Shown here: one piece after another, positions 39,317 through 47,441 of the stretch | Layout: every line of letters starts with the position of its first letter | How positions within the stretch are numbered: position 1 is the first letter of the stretch | NCBI GenBank assembly: GCA_002774875.1 | Contig: PCYM01000006.1 | Location: 17,434 to 81,433, forward strand | Direction of reading: 5' to 3' | Origin: Candidatus Uhrbacteria bacterium CG10_big_fil_rev_8_21_14_0_10_50_16 | GTDB lineage: Bacteria; Patescibacteriota; Patescibacteriia; UBA9934; UBA11717 | DNA: 64,000 nucleotides | Position numbers and translations under genes: made by a program | The notes under the pieces: generated by a model | What the model was told of the DNA's origin: nothing | The model's database searches: none | The model's input: only the letters and a program-made list of their open reading frames with translations

Positions 39317-39345
39317 GTTGACAAAACCGTGTTTTTCTGGTATAT
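39317..39345 (+). promoter_or_regulatory. sigma70-like promoter for island gene 2 (TTGACA-17-TATATT)
   Basis: TTGACAAAACCGTGTTTTTCTGGTATATT, a near-identical mirror image of the minus-strand promoter 22 bp away. Confidence 0.55.
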
Positions 39346-39451
39346 TTCTACGTTATTCCTTAGGAATAGCCGCGGCTTCTGCCGTGTTGAACCGTTCTCT
39401 AAAATTGAAACGCGAAAGCGTACGAGACACCCAACACGGAAGGAGCCAAAT

Positions 39452-41452
39452 ATGGCACCCAAGAAGACCCCGTCCCCTACCGTTCCATTTTGGAAGACGG
39501 TGGAGGACATGATCGGCCAGCAGGTCGGTCACGCGGCAGGTAAGGGCCTGTCGCACTCCCACATCGTCACCCTCCTGGTGTCGATGATGAACGATCAGGT
39601 TCTCGGAGCGCTCAGGTTGGCGGGGCCGTCTTTGACGGCCGGCGTCGGCAAGACGGCGTTCCAGGTTTTGAAGGGCCGGATCCCGGTCCTCAAGAACCTC
39701 GCGGATCCCGTTCTGGAGGAGGCCATGGAGGGCCTCCTCAACGGGTTCTTCTCCCACCTCGCCAAGTTCCCCGGTGCGACGGACGCCCAGGCGCGCATGG
39801 CTCTGTTGGCTGCGGCCAACGAGTCCATGATCGCGCACGCCCCGGTCTCCGGGGGGGCGGTCAAGCCCGGCAGCTTCGTGCTGTCGGATGCCGTGCTCAA
39901 GGCCTTGGAGGAGAAGTACGACGAGGACTCCGTCAGGGAGATCCTCGCGTGGTACTGCCACGGGGTGAGCTGCCTCGCAAGGGCAGCCCTGGACATGAAC
40001 GTCCAGGACAGCCTCGCCGTGGAGGCCGGGATGGCCTTCAACCACGGCGATTTCTCGAGCGTGGTCTCCGTGATCACGTTCGTGGAGACGGCCAAGAAGC
40101 ACCAGGGATCCTTCGAGAACCTGGTATACGCGTGCGCGGCCGTGGTCCAGGCCAACACCGCCGCCGACCACAGCGGCATGCGGACCACGTTCATGGCGCG
40201 CCGCTTGTTGGCGCGCGGCCTCAACTGGCTCGGGGTCAACGGGACCCGCCAGAACTTCATGAACGTTCTCGGGAACTGGATCGCCCCCGGACTGCTCAAG
40301 GACGGGCAGTTCGTGGCGTTCCTCGTGGCCCTCTGGGTCGCGTGCTACGTGACCACGGCGGTTCCGTGGTTCTACGCCGCGCGTGCGGGGAGCTTCGTCG
40401 GGATGTTCATCCTTGCGGCGCTCAATCTGATCGTGACCCAGTTCACCCTCAAGGTGCTGGGTCTGGTCGTCGGGGTTCATTCGTCCCTGTACCGGGGAGT
40501 GCTGCACTTCCTCGGCCAGAAGGAGGAGGGTGGCGGGGACAAGCTTCCTGCCCTCCAGTCCCTGAGGGCGCAGGCCTCCAGCCCCCTGCTGGTGGCTACT
40601 GTGCTCAACGCGATCTTGATTTTGCTCCTGGGGGAGACCCCGCGAGCATTCAACTTCGCGATCATGATCTTGATGGCGACCGTCTCGGTCGGTATCCTGA
40701 TCAGCATCTGGGACATGGCCAAGACGAGCCACGCCAAGTTCTTCCTCGATGCGGGGATCAAGTACCTCCTCCCCGTTTTGCTGGCCTCCATGGCCTGGGA
40801 CGTGTACGACGCCTTCACCCAGAGCCAACTCCCCGGCAAGGGGATGCGGCTCATGGGCAATGTCCACGAGTTCTGGGGCTGGGCGACCAGCTTCAGCATG
40901 GGACAGGTGGTCACGGGAGGACTCACGATCCTCTTGGTGGCCGCAGTCGCCTTCGCCCTCAAGCAGGGCAAGGTGTGGCACGCGATCGCCCTCGTGGTGA
41001 TCGCGGTCCCCCTCTCGTGGATCGTGGACTGCTCCGTTTCGGCGCCCAAGCGCGCCGAGGCCGCACAGGAGCAGAGGGCGCAGGAACATGCCCTCCAGCT
41101 GGAGACCCTTCGTCTCCAGCGGCAGGTGGCGGAGGCGGGGAAGACCGTCATTGTCGTCGGCGACCCGGTCCTCGCAATGCGTCAACTGGGTGGCCCCACC
41201 CGCAAGGCGGACATCGCCCTGCGGGTGCCTCGCGAAAGCTCGGCTGCAACCGAGCGCGAGGAGATCCAGATTGAGGATGAGGAAGAGTGGGAGGAGGACC
41301 TCGACATGTTCGTGCCGGAGAAGCCGAACATCAGAGAGATCCTCCGCGAGCGGGAGGAAAGGGCACAGCGTACGGTTCACCACCGTCCGCGGCCCTCCTC
41401 CCGCCGCACGTCGGCCCACCACCACCGCGCGCAACGGAATGCGCGTAGGTGA
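39452..41452 (+). CDS. hypothetical large polytopic membrane protein (island gene 2)
   Basis: 666 aa from MAPKKTPSPTV with RBS AGGAG. ~330-aa soluble N-domain, ~7 predicted TM helices, a coiled-coil (EAAQEQRAQEHALQLETLRLQRQVAEAG) and a charged RE-rich tail. ~65% GC; no recognisable family. Confidence 0.75.
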   Translation: MAPKKTPSPTVPFWKTVEDMIGQQVGHAAGKGLSHSHIVTLLVSMMNDQVLGALRLAGPSLTAGVGKTAFQVLKGRIPVLKNLADPVLEEAMEGLLNGFFSHLAKFPGATDAQARMALLAAANESMIAHAPVSGGAVKPGSFVLSDAVLKALEEKYDEDSVREILAWYCHGVSCLARAALDMNVQDSLAVEAGMAFNHGDFSSVVSVITFVETAKKHQGSFENLVYACAAVVQANTAADHSGMRTTFMARRLLARGLNWLGVNGTRQNFMNVLGNWIAPGLLKDGQFVAFLVALWVACYVTTAVPWFYAARAGSFVGMFILAALNLIVTQFTLKVLGLVVGVHSSLYRGVLHFLGQKEEGGGDKLPALQSLRAQASSPLLVATVLNAILILLLGETPRAFNFAIMILMATVSVGILISIWDMAKTSHAKFFLDAGIKYLLPVLLASMAWDVYDAFTQSQLPGKGMRLMGNVHEFWGWATSFSMGQVVTGGLTILLVAAVAFALKQGKVWHAIALVVIAVPLSWIVDCSVSAPKRAEAAQEQRAQEHALQLETLRLQRQVAEAGKTVIVVGDPVLAMRQLGGPTRKADIALRVPRESSAATEREEIQIEDEEEWEEDLDMFVPEKPNIREILREREERAQRTVHHRPRPSSRRTSAHHHRAQRNARR

Positions 41453-41533
41453 TGTAAACCCCGGTGCAACGCCGGGGTTAGGACACAGGTTGCTCAGCAC
41501 CTAGGACCCAAAGCTGAGTACTCACGAAGACAT

Positions 41534-41575
41534 CACCCTCGACCGGTTCACGGTCGGGGGTGTCTTCTTTTTTAC
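41534..41575 (+). terminator. rho-independent terminator at the right edge of the GC-rich island
   Basis: CACCCTCGACCG-GTTCA-CGGTCGGGGGTG followed by TCTTCTTTTTT. Confidence 0.6.
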
Positions 41576-41773
41576 AATAGGTGTTTGGCTTTTGCTGTTT
41601 CACCGTTCGTTGCGCCTGTGTCTTTGTATTTATCTTTCATTTTTTTGATCATTCCATCTCAGATCGCTTCGTCTTCCCTCCCTCGTTCATTTCTTTTGTT
41701 TGCTCACTCACCTCCACCAAACTTATTTACATCTGCCATATCAAAAATGTCGTACCTATGACAAATCTGATAC

Positions 41774-41806
41774 AAAAAAACACCCGCCAAGAGGCGAGTG
41801 GTTTTA
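41774..41806 (-). terminator. rho-independent terminator at the end of the pilin-like operon (minus strand)
   Basis: On the minus strand: CCACTCGCC-TCTT-GGCGGGTG followed by TTTTTTT. Confidence 0.55.
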
Positions 41807-41854
41807 TCTGATTCGATCTCACTGGATCCGATCAATTTGCTACTCAACTTGTTA

Positions 41855-42259
41855 CTAGACCTGGGAGGCGAGCAGGAGCTGGCTTATCGCGAAGTTGGAA
41901 ATTGCGAATGCGGACAGAATAATGATCATGCCAATAACTCCCTGTGTAAGCATCGTGGTTGCCTTGGTCACTTTTGCAGGATCTCCTTGCGCGGTCATCC
42001 AAATAAAACCTGCGTAGAGTGTAATGAGGAAGAAGATGATTCCCAAGAGACCCAAGAGCACGTTTACAACGTTTCCGATTGTATTAAAGATCTGATCTTG
42101 GCCTCCACCTCCGATGGTTGTAATATCTGCCGCCTGATCAAGCGCAGCCGTTGGGTCACCCGCATCAAAAACTGCTTGCGCAGGAATTGAGAATGCAAAG
42201 GCGCCGAGAAGGAGGAAGCTCGCAAAGAGTGTTGTGAAGAATTGTTGTGTGCGTGTCAT
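41855..42259 (-). CDS. small secreted two-helix hairpin protein, paralog 1 (VirB2/TrbC pilin-like)
   Basis: Sec signal peptide with AQA cleavage. Shares with the other four paralogs the core IGNVVNVLLGLLGIIFFLITLYAGFIWMTAQGDPAKVTKA...GVIGMIIILSAFAISNFA. Confidence 0.7.
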   Translation of the reverse strand: MTRTQQFFTTLFASFLLLGAFAFSIPAQAVFDAGDPTAALDQAADITTIGGGGQDQIFNTIGNVVNVLLGLLGIIFFLITLYAGFIWMTAQGDPAKVTKATTMLTQGVIGMIIILSAFAISNFAISQLLLASQV

Positions 42260-42297
42260 AGGTAAAAAGTTGAATCAATGTGTTTTAGAGAGAACCG

Positions 42298-42693
42298 TTA
42301 AACGTTTGTTGCAATATCGAGCTGCGTTACCACAAAGTTGGTAATGGAGAACGCCGAGAGCAGTATGAGGAGGCCGATAGTGGCTGTGACGAGAATGTCT
42401 TGCGCTTTCTTTACTTTGGCCGGGTCCCCTTGCGCCGTCATCCAGATCGTCCCTGCATAGACAAACAGGATAAAGACGAGTAGTCCTGAGAGCCCTACGA
42501 CCACATCGATAATTCTACCAATGAGGAAGGGGAGTGATACAGGGTCAGACGCAAACGCTGCAGCAGAAGCGGTTTCGCTCAGCCCTGTCGTCTCCGCGTT
42601 AATGACGGCTAAAACAGGGGTTGCAACGGCAAGACCAAAGAAGAGAAAGAGCGACATGCCCGCCAACAACAGTCGTTGTTTGGTTGCGGTCAT
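42298..42693 (-). CDS. small secreted two-helix hairpin protein, paralog 2
   Basis: Signal peptide ...PVLA; core IGRIIDVVVGLSGLLVFILFVYAGTIWMTAQGDPAKVKKAQD...IGLLILLSAFSITNFVV. Confidence 0.7.
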   Translation of the reverse strand: MTATKQRLLLAGMSLFLFFGLAVATPVLAVINAETTGLSETASAAAFASDPVSLPFLIGRIIDVVVGLSGLLVFILFVYAGTIWMTAQGDPAKVKKAQDILVTATIGLLILLSAFSITNFVVTQLDIATNV

Positions 42694-42778
42694 AACGTGA
42701 GAGGACGAGGATTCATCTGCTCACGCCAGGACCCACAAGGGGCGCCCCTCCCGATTTGGGAGGGGTAGGGAACCTAGC

Positions 42779-43222
42779 TTACTCAGTGATCGAGTTTGCT
42801 GTTGCGCTAATAAACTCAGTAATAACGAAGTTGGTGATTGCGTAAGCGGAGAGAATGATCGCAAGCCCAATCGCACCTGCCACAATAATCTGCTGTGCTT
42901 TTTGTACTTTTGCTTCCGTTCCACCAGCGGTCATCCAAATGGCACCACCGTAGAGAATGATAATGACAGCTACGATTCCCAAAAATCCAAGTAGCACGTT
43001 AATGATGTTTCCGATTGTGGACTTGAGGTTTGCCTGTCCAAGCCCTGTTGCACCCGTAAAATCATCACTCAACAAATCATCGGCCGTGAGTGTTGACGCC
43101 GCGTGTGCACTATCAACGAGCACAGGTGTAAGCATAGACACGGCCATGGTACCGCCAAACAAGAGGGCAGCGATTGCGAACGATGTAAGAAGGTTGCGAA
43201 GAGCGAAACGTACGTTGGTCAT
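42779..43222 (-). CDS. small secreted two-helix hairpin protein, paralog 3
   Basis: Core IGNIINVLLGFLGIVAVIIILYGGAIWMTAGGTEAKVQKAQQ...IGLAIILSAYAITNFVI. Confidence 0.7.
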   Translation of the reverse strand: MTNVRFALRNLLTSFAIAALLFGGTMAVSMLTPVLVDSAHAASTLTADDLLSDDFTGATGLGQANLKSTIGNIINVLLGFLGIVAVIIILYGGAIWMTAGGTEAKVQKAQQIIVAGAIGLAIILSAYAITNFVITEFISATANSITE

Positions 43223-43245
43223 ACAGTGTTTGTTTTTATGACAGC

Positions 43246-43581
43246 TTAGGCTGCTGTCGCGCCACCAAGTGTGTTGATGACGAAGGTTGCTAAAATGTTT
43301 GCCGCGAAAATAACCGCGAGGCCTATGACCGCCCAGATGAGCGTGTCTCTTCCTTTTGTAATTCTGTCAGGTTTACCTCCGGCCGTCAACCAAAGAAATC
43401 CACCCCAAATAACCATGGCCAATGCGAGCGATCCGGTGATTCCAAGAACCGCCTGAATCACGAATCCTATGAGCTGCGGAATACTGCGTGACCCCAATGG
43501 ATTGTACAACTGACTTGCAAACGCTGCTTGCGGTAATAGGCTCAAACCGAGTGAGAGAAACAAATAGTAGAGACGCTTCAT
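43246..43581 (-). CDS. small secreted two-helix hairpin protein, paralog 4
   Basis: Signal peptide ...AAFA; core IGFVIQAVLGITGSLALAMVIWGGFLWLTAGGKPDRITKGRD...IGLAVIFAANILATFVI. Confidence 0.7.
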   Translation of the reverse strand: MKRLYYLFLSLGLSLLPQAAFASQLYNPLGSRSIPQLIGFVIQAVLGITGSLALAMVIWGGFLWLTAGGKPDRITKGRDTLIWAVIGLAVIFAANILATFVINTLGGATAA

Positions 43582-43584
43582 AAT

Positions 43585-44136
43585 CTATGGTTGTTGAATA
43601 TAACATTCGCCTTCTGCATCGGTCGTGTCACAACAAACACCCGCTTTACAGATAAATCCTGGAGCACAGGCTTTTCCATTGTTGAGTTGCTCGGAAACTG
43701 GCGCGGGTGGTGGTGCACCACAGGTAAGGAATTCACTGCTACTCACGCTGCTTGCATCACCGCTGCGCAAGACGTTGACGCCGTACTGCACGCCAGAGAA
43801 CGCCCCGAAGACAATCAGAAGTCCAATAAAGGAAGAGATAAACATCTTGGTTGCCTTGGTTACCTTTGCAGAATCTCCACGCGCGGTGAGATAGAGAACA
43901 CCTCCCCAAACAATTACGACGAGCAGAATAATCCCCACCATTCCCATAAGGATATCGGCAATGTTGATAAAGAGCTGTAGCGCGCAGTCGAGGGCAAGAT
44001 TTGCATCTGGTCCCCCAGGCTTTGTCGCACATGTGGGAATAATACCGGACGCATCGATTGCGGTTCCTGTTGAGAGTCCCGGTGTATTGGGAATCGTCGC
44101 ATTCGCCGCGAGCGCTGTATGGATAAATGGGATCAT
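43585..44136 (-). CDS. small secreted two-helix hairpin protein, paralog 5, with a Cys-rich C-terminal extension
   Basis: Core ...ILMGMVGIILLVVIVWGGVLYLTARGDSAKVTKATK...IGLLIVFGAFSGVQY, followed by CGAPPPAPVSEQLNNGKACAPGFICKAGVCCDTTDAEGECY. Confidence 0.7.
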   Translation of the reverse strand: MIPFIHTALAANATIPNTPGLSTGTAIDASGIIPTCATKPGGPDANLALDCALQLFINIADILMGMVGIILLVVIVWGGVLYLTARGDSAKVTKATKMFISSFIGLLIVFGAFSGVQYGVNVLRSGDASSVSSSEFLTCGAPPPAPVSEQLNNGKACAPGFICKAGVCCDTTDAEGECYIQQP

Positions 44137-45548
44137 AGCGTTTGATTGACTTCGTTTTGTGCAATACCCAAGGCTTCTTCGATGGTATGCGTTCCCGATA
44201 CAATACTGTCGATCATTTTCTCCATAGCTTTCTCTGCGCTTGTTGCATCGTTTCCATTGTACCAGGCCTGCGCCGACAAGACCTGATCTGCAAAGACGGA
44301 AAGGTCAAAGTCTTCATTTTGTTTGAGCACGAGGCTGCGAAGCGCTGTTGGTTTTCTCGCAGCACTGAGGAAACTGTCGACGTTTTCTTCTGCTGCCGTA
44401 AACTGGATAAAATCCCAAGCCCAGTCTGGGTTATCACTTTTCTTAGAGACACTCTCGATCCAGAAGTTAGCGTAGTTAATGCGTGCGCGAAGGTCTTCTG
44501 AGATCTGCGGCATAGGCGCTAGCCCGATGTTGAGCTTCTGTGCACGGGCCTTAATCAGCGGATCGTGGTAGCTGTAGCCAAAGAAAAATGCTGTTTGACC
44601 CGCAACGAATGCATCGAAACTCCCCGTAAAGCTCTTGTCCCAGGTGTAGGCTTCCTTGGTTGGATTGGCAAAGTCGGTATAAAAGCGAAGCGCGTCGGCG
44701 GAAGGAAGGCTTCGACCGCTAGGGCCGCTCACTGTCTCTGCAAAACGTGCTTGTCCTCTTGCGTCGCTCATCTGTGCGCCACTTTGCATCATGAGAAGCG
44801 AGAGAATATCCGTTGATCGTTCTACATTACTACCGGTTCCAATCGCTGCACCTGATTGAGCAATCCCTCCATTGGCGTTGTACTTGGTGAGTTTAACAAC
44901 GTCTGCTTGAAATTCTTCCCACGTTGCTGGCGGTTGAGGAATACCAGCCGCATCCAAAATGTCTTTGTTGTAGTACAGCGCCAGTGTATCTACGGAGAGT
45001 GGAAGCCCATAGATACGATTCTTTGTACCAGCGGCGTCCGTTGCGGGGTAGACCACGTATTCTGGAACCACTTGCACAAATGAATCCGTCAGCTCTCGTA
45101 ACGAAAGCGTTTGTTCAGTTCTAAGGGCGACGACGAGTTCCTTTTTGAGGGTTCCCTTCATCTCCTGGTAGGTGAGTTTAACTGTGTCAGGCATGGGGGA
45201 AATGAGATCCGTGTAGCCTTTCATCCAGGTGTTGTGCACGGAAAAAATGTCTGGTCCACGGTCTTCCGCAAGCGCGCGAATCAGCTCGCCCTCGTACTCT
45301 TCAAACCGCAATTTGCGATAGTTGATTTTAACGTTTGGGTGAATGCGACGATATGCTTCGATCATGGGATCGAATGTATCCTGTCCATCAAACACACGCC
45401 AAACCGTGAGTTCAATTGGTTGCAATGCTTGTTGTGCGGCATTGCTTCCACCACGACAACCAAGACCAGGAAAGATGGCGAGTCCAACGCTTAAGAGAGT
45501 AAGGATCCAAAGACGTGTTCGTAACATACGTACCGATTGTTCATTCAT
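44133..45548 (-). CDS. extracellular solute-binding lipoprotein (ABC-transporter SBP, sugar-binding family-1 type)
   Basis: Lipoprotein signal MLRTRLWILTLLSVGLAIFPGLGC. SBP_bac_1-like layout (YGLPLSVDTLALYYNKDIL, FFFGYSYH). The stop overlaps the next gene by 4 nt. No permease or ATPase in the window. Confidence 0.85.
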   Translation of the reverse strand: MNEQSVRMLRTRLWILTLLSVGLAIFPGLGCRGGSNAAQQALQPIELTVWRVFDGQDTFDPMIEAYRRIHPNVKINYRKLRFEEYEGELIRALAEDRGPDIFSVHNTWMKGYTDLISPMPDTVKLTYQEMKGTLKKELVVALRTEQTLSLRELTDSFVQVVPEYVVYPATDAAGTKNRIYGLPLSVDTLALYYNKDILDAAGIPQPPATWEEFQADVVKLTKYNANGGIAQSGAAIGTGSNVERSTDILSLLMMQSGAQMSDARGQARFAETVSGPSGRSLPSADALRFYTDFANPTKEAYTWDKSFTGSFDAFVAGQTAFFFGYSYHDPLIKARAQKLNIGLAPMPQISEDLRARINYANFWIESVSKKSDNPDWAWDFIQFTAAEENVDSFLSAARKPTALRSLVLKQNEDFDLSVFADQVLSAQAWYNGNDATSAEKAMEKMIDSIVSGTHTIEEALGIAQNEVNQTL

Positions 45549-45610
45549 TTCAAAAGATGATTCTATTATAGCGGATTTATGCAAAAGATGTGTGTGCATG
45601 AAATAAAAAA

Positions 45611-45636
45611 CACCCGATCGCTCGGATGTTTTTGTG
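45611..45636 (-). terminator. rho-independent terminator after galU (minus strand)
   Basis: On the minus strand: CATCCG-AGCGAT-CGGGTG followed by TTTTTTAT. Confidence 0.5.
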
Positions 45637-45637
45637 T

Positions 45638-46525
45638 TTAGGCTTGGTCAATAAGCGAACGCATGTAAGCAAGGATGTCGTCCTTCATGTCTGCATGTTT
45701 GAGTGCGTAGGCTATGGAGGTTTTTGCATAGGCGAGGTTGGTGCCGCAATCCCACCAGGTTCCATCCAAGATACGCGCGTGTAGGGTACCACCGGTTTTG
45801 ATGTAGGAATCAAAAGCGTTTGCGAGTCGGATCTCACCCGAGGCGTCTTTTGGTTCATTCTTCAATACGTTGATATATTCTGTCGTGAGAATCTCACGCC
45901 CAATGTGCGCGTAGGTAGAGGGTGCATCCTTCTTTGCGGGTTTCTCCACAAACTTACTCACTTTCCATGCAACGTCGTTTACGGGTTCGCCATCAATCAC
46001 ACCAAAACGCTCTACGCGATCAATTCCCACATCTTCCACGAGCGTCACACACCCCCCGAACTCATTGTAAACATCCATGAGCTGACCAATCGCCGGACCC
46101 GACGTGCCTTCAATCAAATCGTCTCCATAACACACGGCCACGGCCTCACCTTCGTCAATAAACGGGATGGCTGCGAGTAGCGCGTGTCCGTCACCCAGGG
46201 GCTTGTCTTGTCGCACGTACGCAAAGTTCGCGAGCTTGCCTACGTTTTTTACTTTGGCGAGGAGCTCTGTTTTTCCGGATTGCTCCAAGCGATACTCTAA
46301 CTCAAAGTTGCGATCAAAGTGATTTTCAATGGCTGCCTTACCGTTGGACGTTACAAAGATAATGTCTTTAATGCCAGCCTCTACAAACTCCTCGACGATA
46401 TATTGCAAAATAGGCTTGTCGACAATAGGAAACATCTCTTTTGGCATGGCTTTTGAGGCAGGGAGTGCGCGTGTTCCCATACCGGCGACAAGGAACACGG
46501 CTTTGGTGATTGGTCGATTGTTCAT
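45638..46525 (-). CDS. galU: UTP--glucose-1-phosphate uridylyltransferase
   Basis: Start placed at MNNRPITKAVFLVAGMGTRALPASKAMPKEM; nucleotidyltransferase fold. Confidence 0.9.
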   Translation of the reverse strand: MNNRPITKAVFLVAGMGTRALPASKAMPKEMFPIVDKPILQYIVEEFVEAGIKDIIFVTSNGKAAIENHFDRNFELEYRLEQSGKTELLAKVKNVGKLANFAYVRQDKPLGDGHALLAAIPFIDEGEAVAVCYGDDLIEGTSGPAIGQLMDVYNEFGGCVTLVEDVGIDRVERFGVIDGEPVNDVAWKVSKFVEKPAKKDAPSTYAHIGREILTTEYINVLKNEPKDASGEIRLANAFDSYIKTGGTLHARILDGTWWDCGTNLAYAKTSIAYALKHADMKDDILAYMRSLIDQA

Positions 46526-46661
46526 AGGTGTTTGAATCAGTAGATGTGGGGATGATTGCATATTTTGGGGGCGACGTCTAGCACAAATCACGATTGACCA
46601 ATGACTGTGGGCGTGGTAGGTTTGTGCTCGTTGTGGGGAGGTTTAGGGTGTCGATGAGTGA

Positions 46662-46699
46662 GGTTTCAAATATGCGACGATCGTCGGTGTTTTGAAACC
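46662..46699. repeat. palindromic element, family A (38-bp copy)
   Basis: GGTTTCAAATATGCGACGATCGTCGGTGTTTTGAAACC: 9-bp outer arms plus an inner self-complementary CGACGATCGTCG. Confidence 0.6.
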
Positions 46700-46778
46700 G
46701 AGCAAAATGATCTATAGAGTGTATATGTTGCCTATGATATTTGATCTGATCGCATCAGACCTGTACATATCACTATAC

Positions 46779-46870
46779 GGAGAGGTGCCAGAGTGGTCGA
46801 ATGGGCTTGACTCGAAATCAAGTGAGCTACGCAAGTGGTTCCGAGGGTTCGAATCCCTCCTTCTCCGCCA
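46779..46870 (+). tRNA. tRNA-Ser (anticodon CGA)
   Basis: GGAGAGG...long variable arm...GAGGGTTCGAATCCCTC-CTTCTCC-G-CCA; anticodon loop ctCGAaa. Confidence 0.85.
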
Positions 46871-46960
46871 AAGAAAAAGGCTCGTTGCAAGACGAGCTTT
46901 TTTCTTTGGCGAGGTAGAGCACATGCCATGCTATAATCACATCAGCAAACACCAACACCT

Positions 46961-47437
46961 ATGACACTCAAATCCTCCCTTCAGCTCGTTGCCTCTATAC
47001 TTATCTGTGAATTTGTTGGAATTGCTGGATCGTTGTTTACGTTCTCGTCCGTTAATAATTGGTACACCACGCTCGCCACACCAGCGCTCAATCCTCCAGG
47101 CTGGGTCTTTGGTCCGGTGTGGACACTGCTCTACGCGCTCATGGGCATCGCCGTGTTCTTGATCTGGCAGAAACGCACAAAACGCACATCGCACAATCGC
47201 GCATTGGCCGTGTTTGCCGCGCAGCTCGTCCTTAATGGTATCTGGACACCCATCTTTTTTGGCGCACACAACCTTGGACTCGCATTTATTGACATCGTCT
47301 TATTACTCCTTGCGATTGTTTGGACCATTGTGGAGTTTTACAAAATCTCTCGCCCAGCCGCATATCTCCTCCTACCCTATGCGGCTTGGGTGAGTTTTGC
47401 AACGTATCTTAACTTGGCTCTTTGGCTGTTAAATTAA
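46961..47437 (+). CDS. tspO: TspO/MBR-family tryptophan-rich sensory protein
   Basis: 158 aa, 5 TM helices, Trp-rich; LNPPGWVFGPVWTLLYALMG is typical of the family. Confidence 0.85.
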   Translation: MTLKSSLQLVASILICEFVGIAGSLFTFSSVNNWYTTLATPALNPPGWVFGPVWTLLYALMGIAVFLIWQKRTKRTSHNRALAVFAAQLVLNGIWTPIFFGAHNLGLAFIDIVLLLLAIVWTIVEFYKISRPAAYLLLPYAAWVSFATYLNLALWLLN

Positions 47438-47441
47438 CGCT

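Noticed and set aside
39353-41500. 715-aa minus-strand ORF and 441-aa plus-strand ORF (39949-41274) inside the GC island, plus several 200-290-aa ORFs at 38260-39263
   Set aside because: They run antisense or out of frame to the two island genes. Their translations are Arg/Gly/Pro-rich and repetitive with no hydrophobic periodicity. Long spurious ORFs are expected at ~65% GC. The sense genes have Shine-Dalgarno sites and coherent TM topology.
46692-46964. 90-aa plus ORF and two minus ORFs overlapping tRNA-Ser
   Set aside because: They lie entirely over a well-formed tRNA-Ser cloverleaf and their translations have no coding character.
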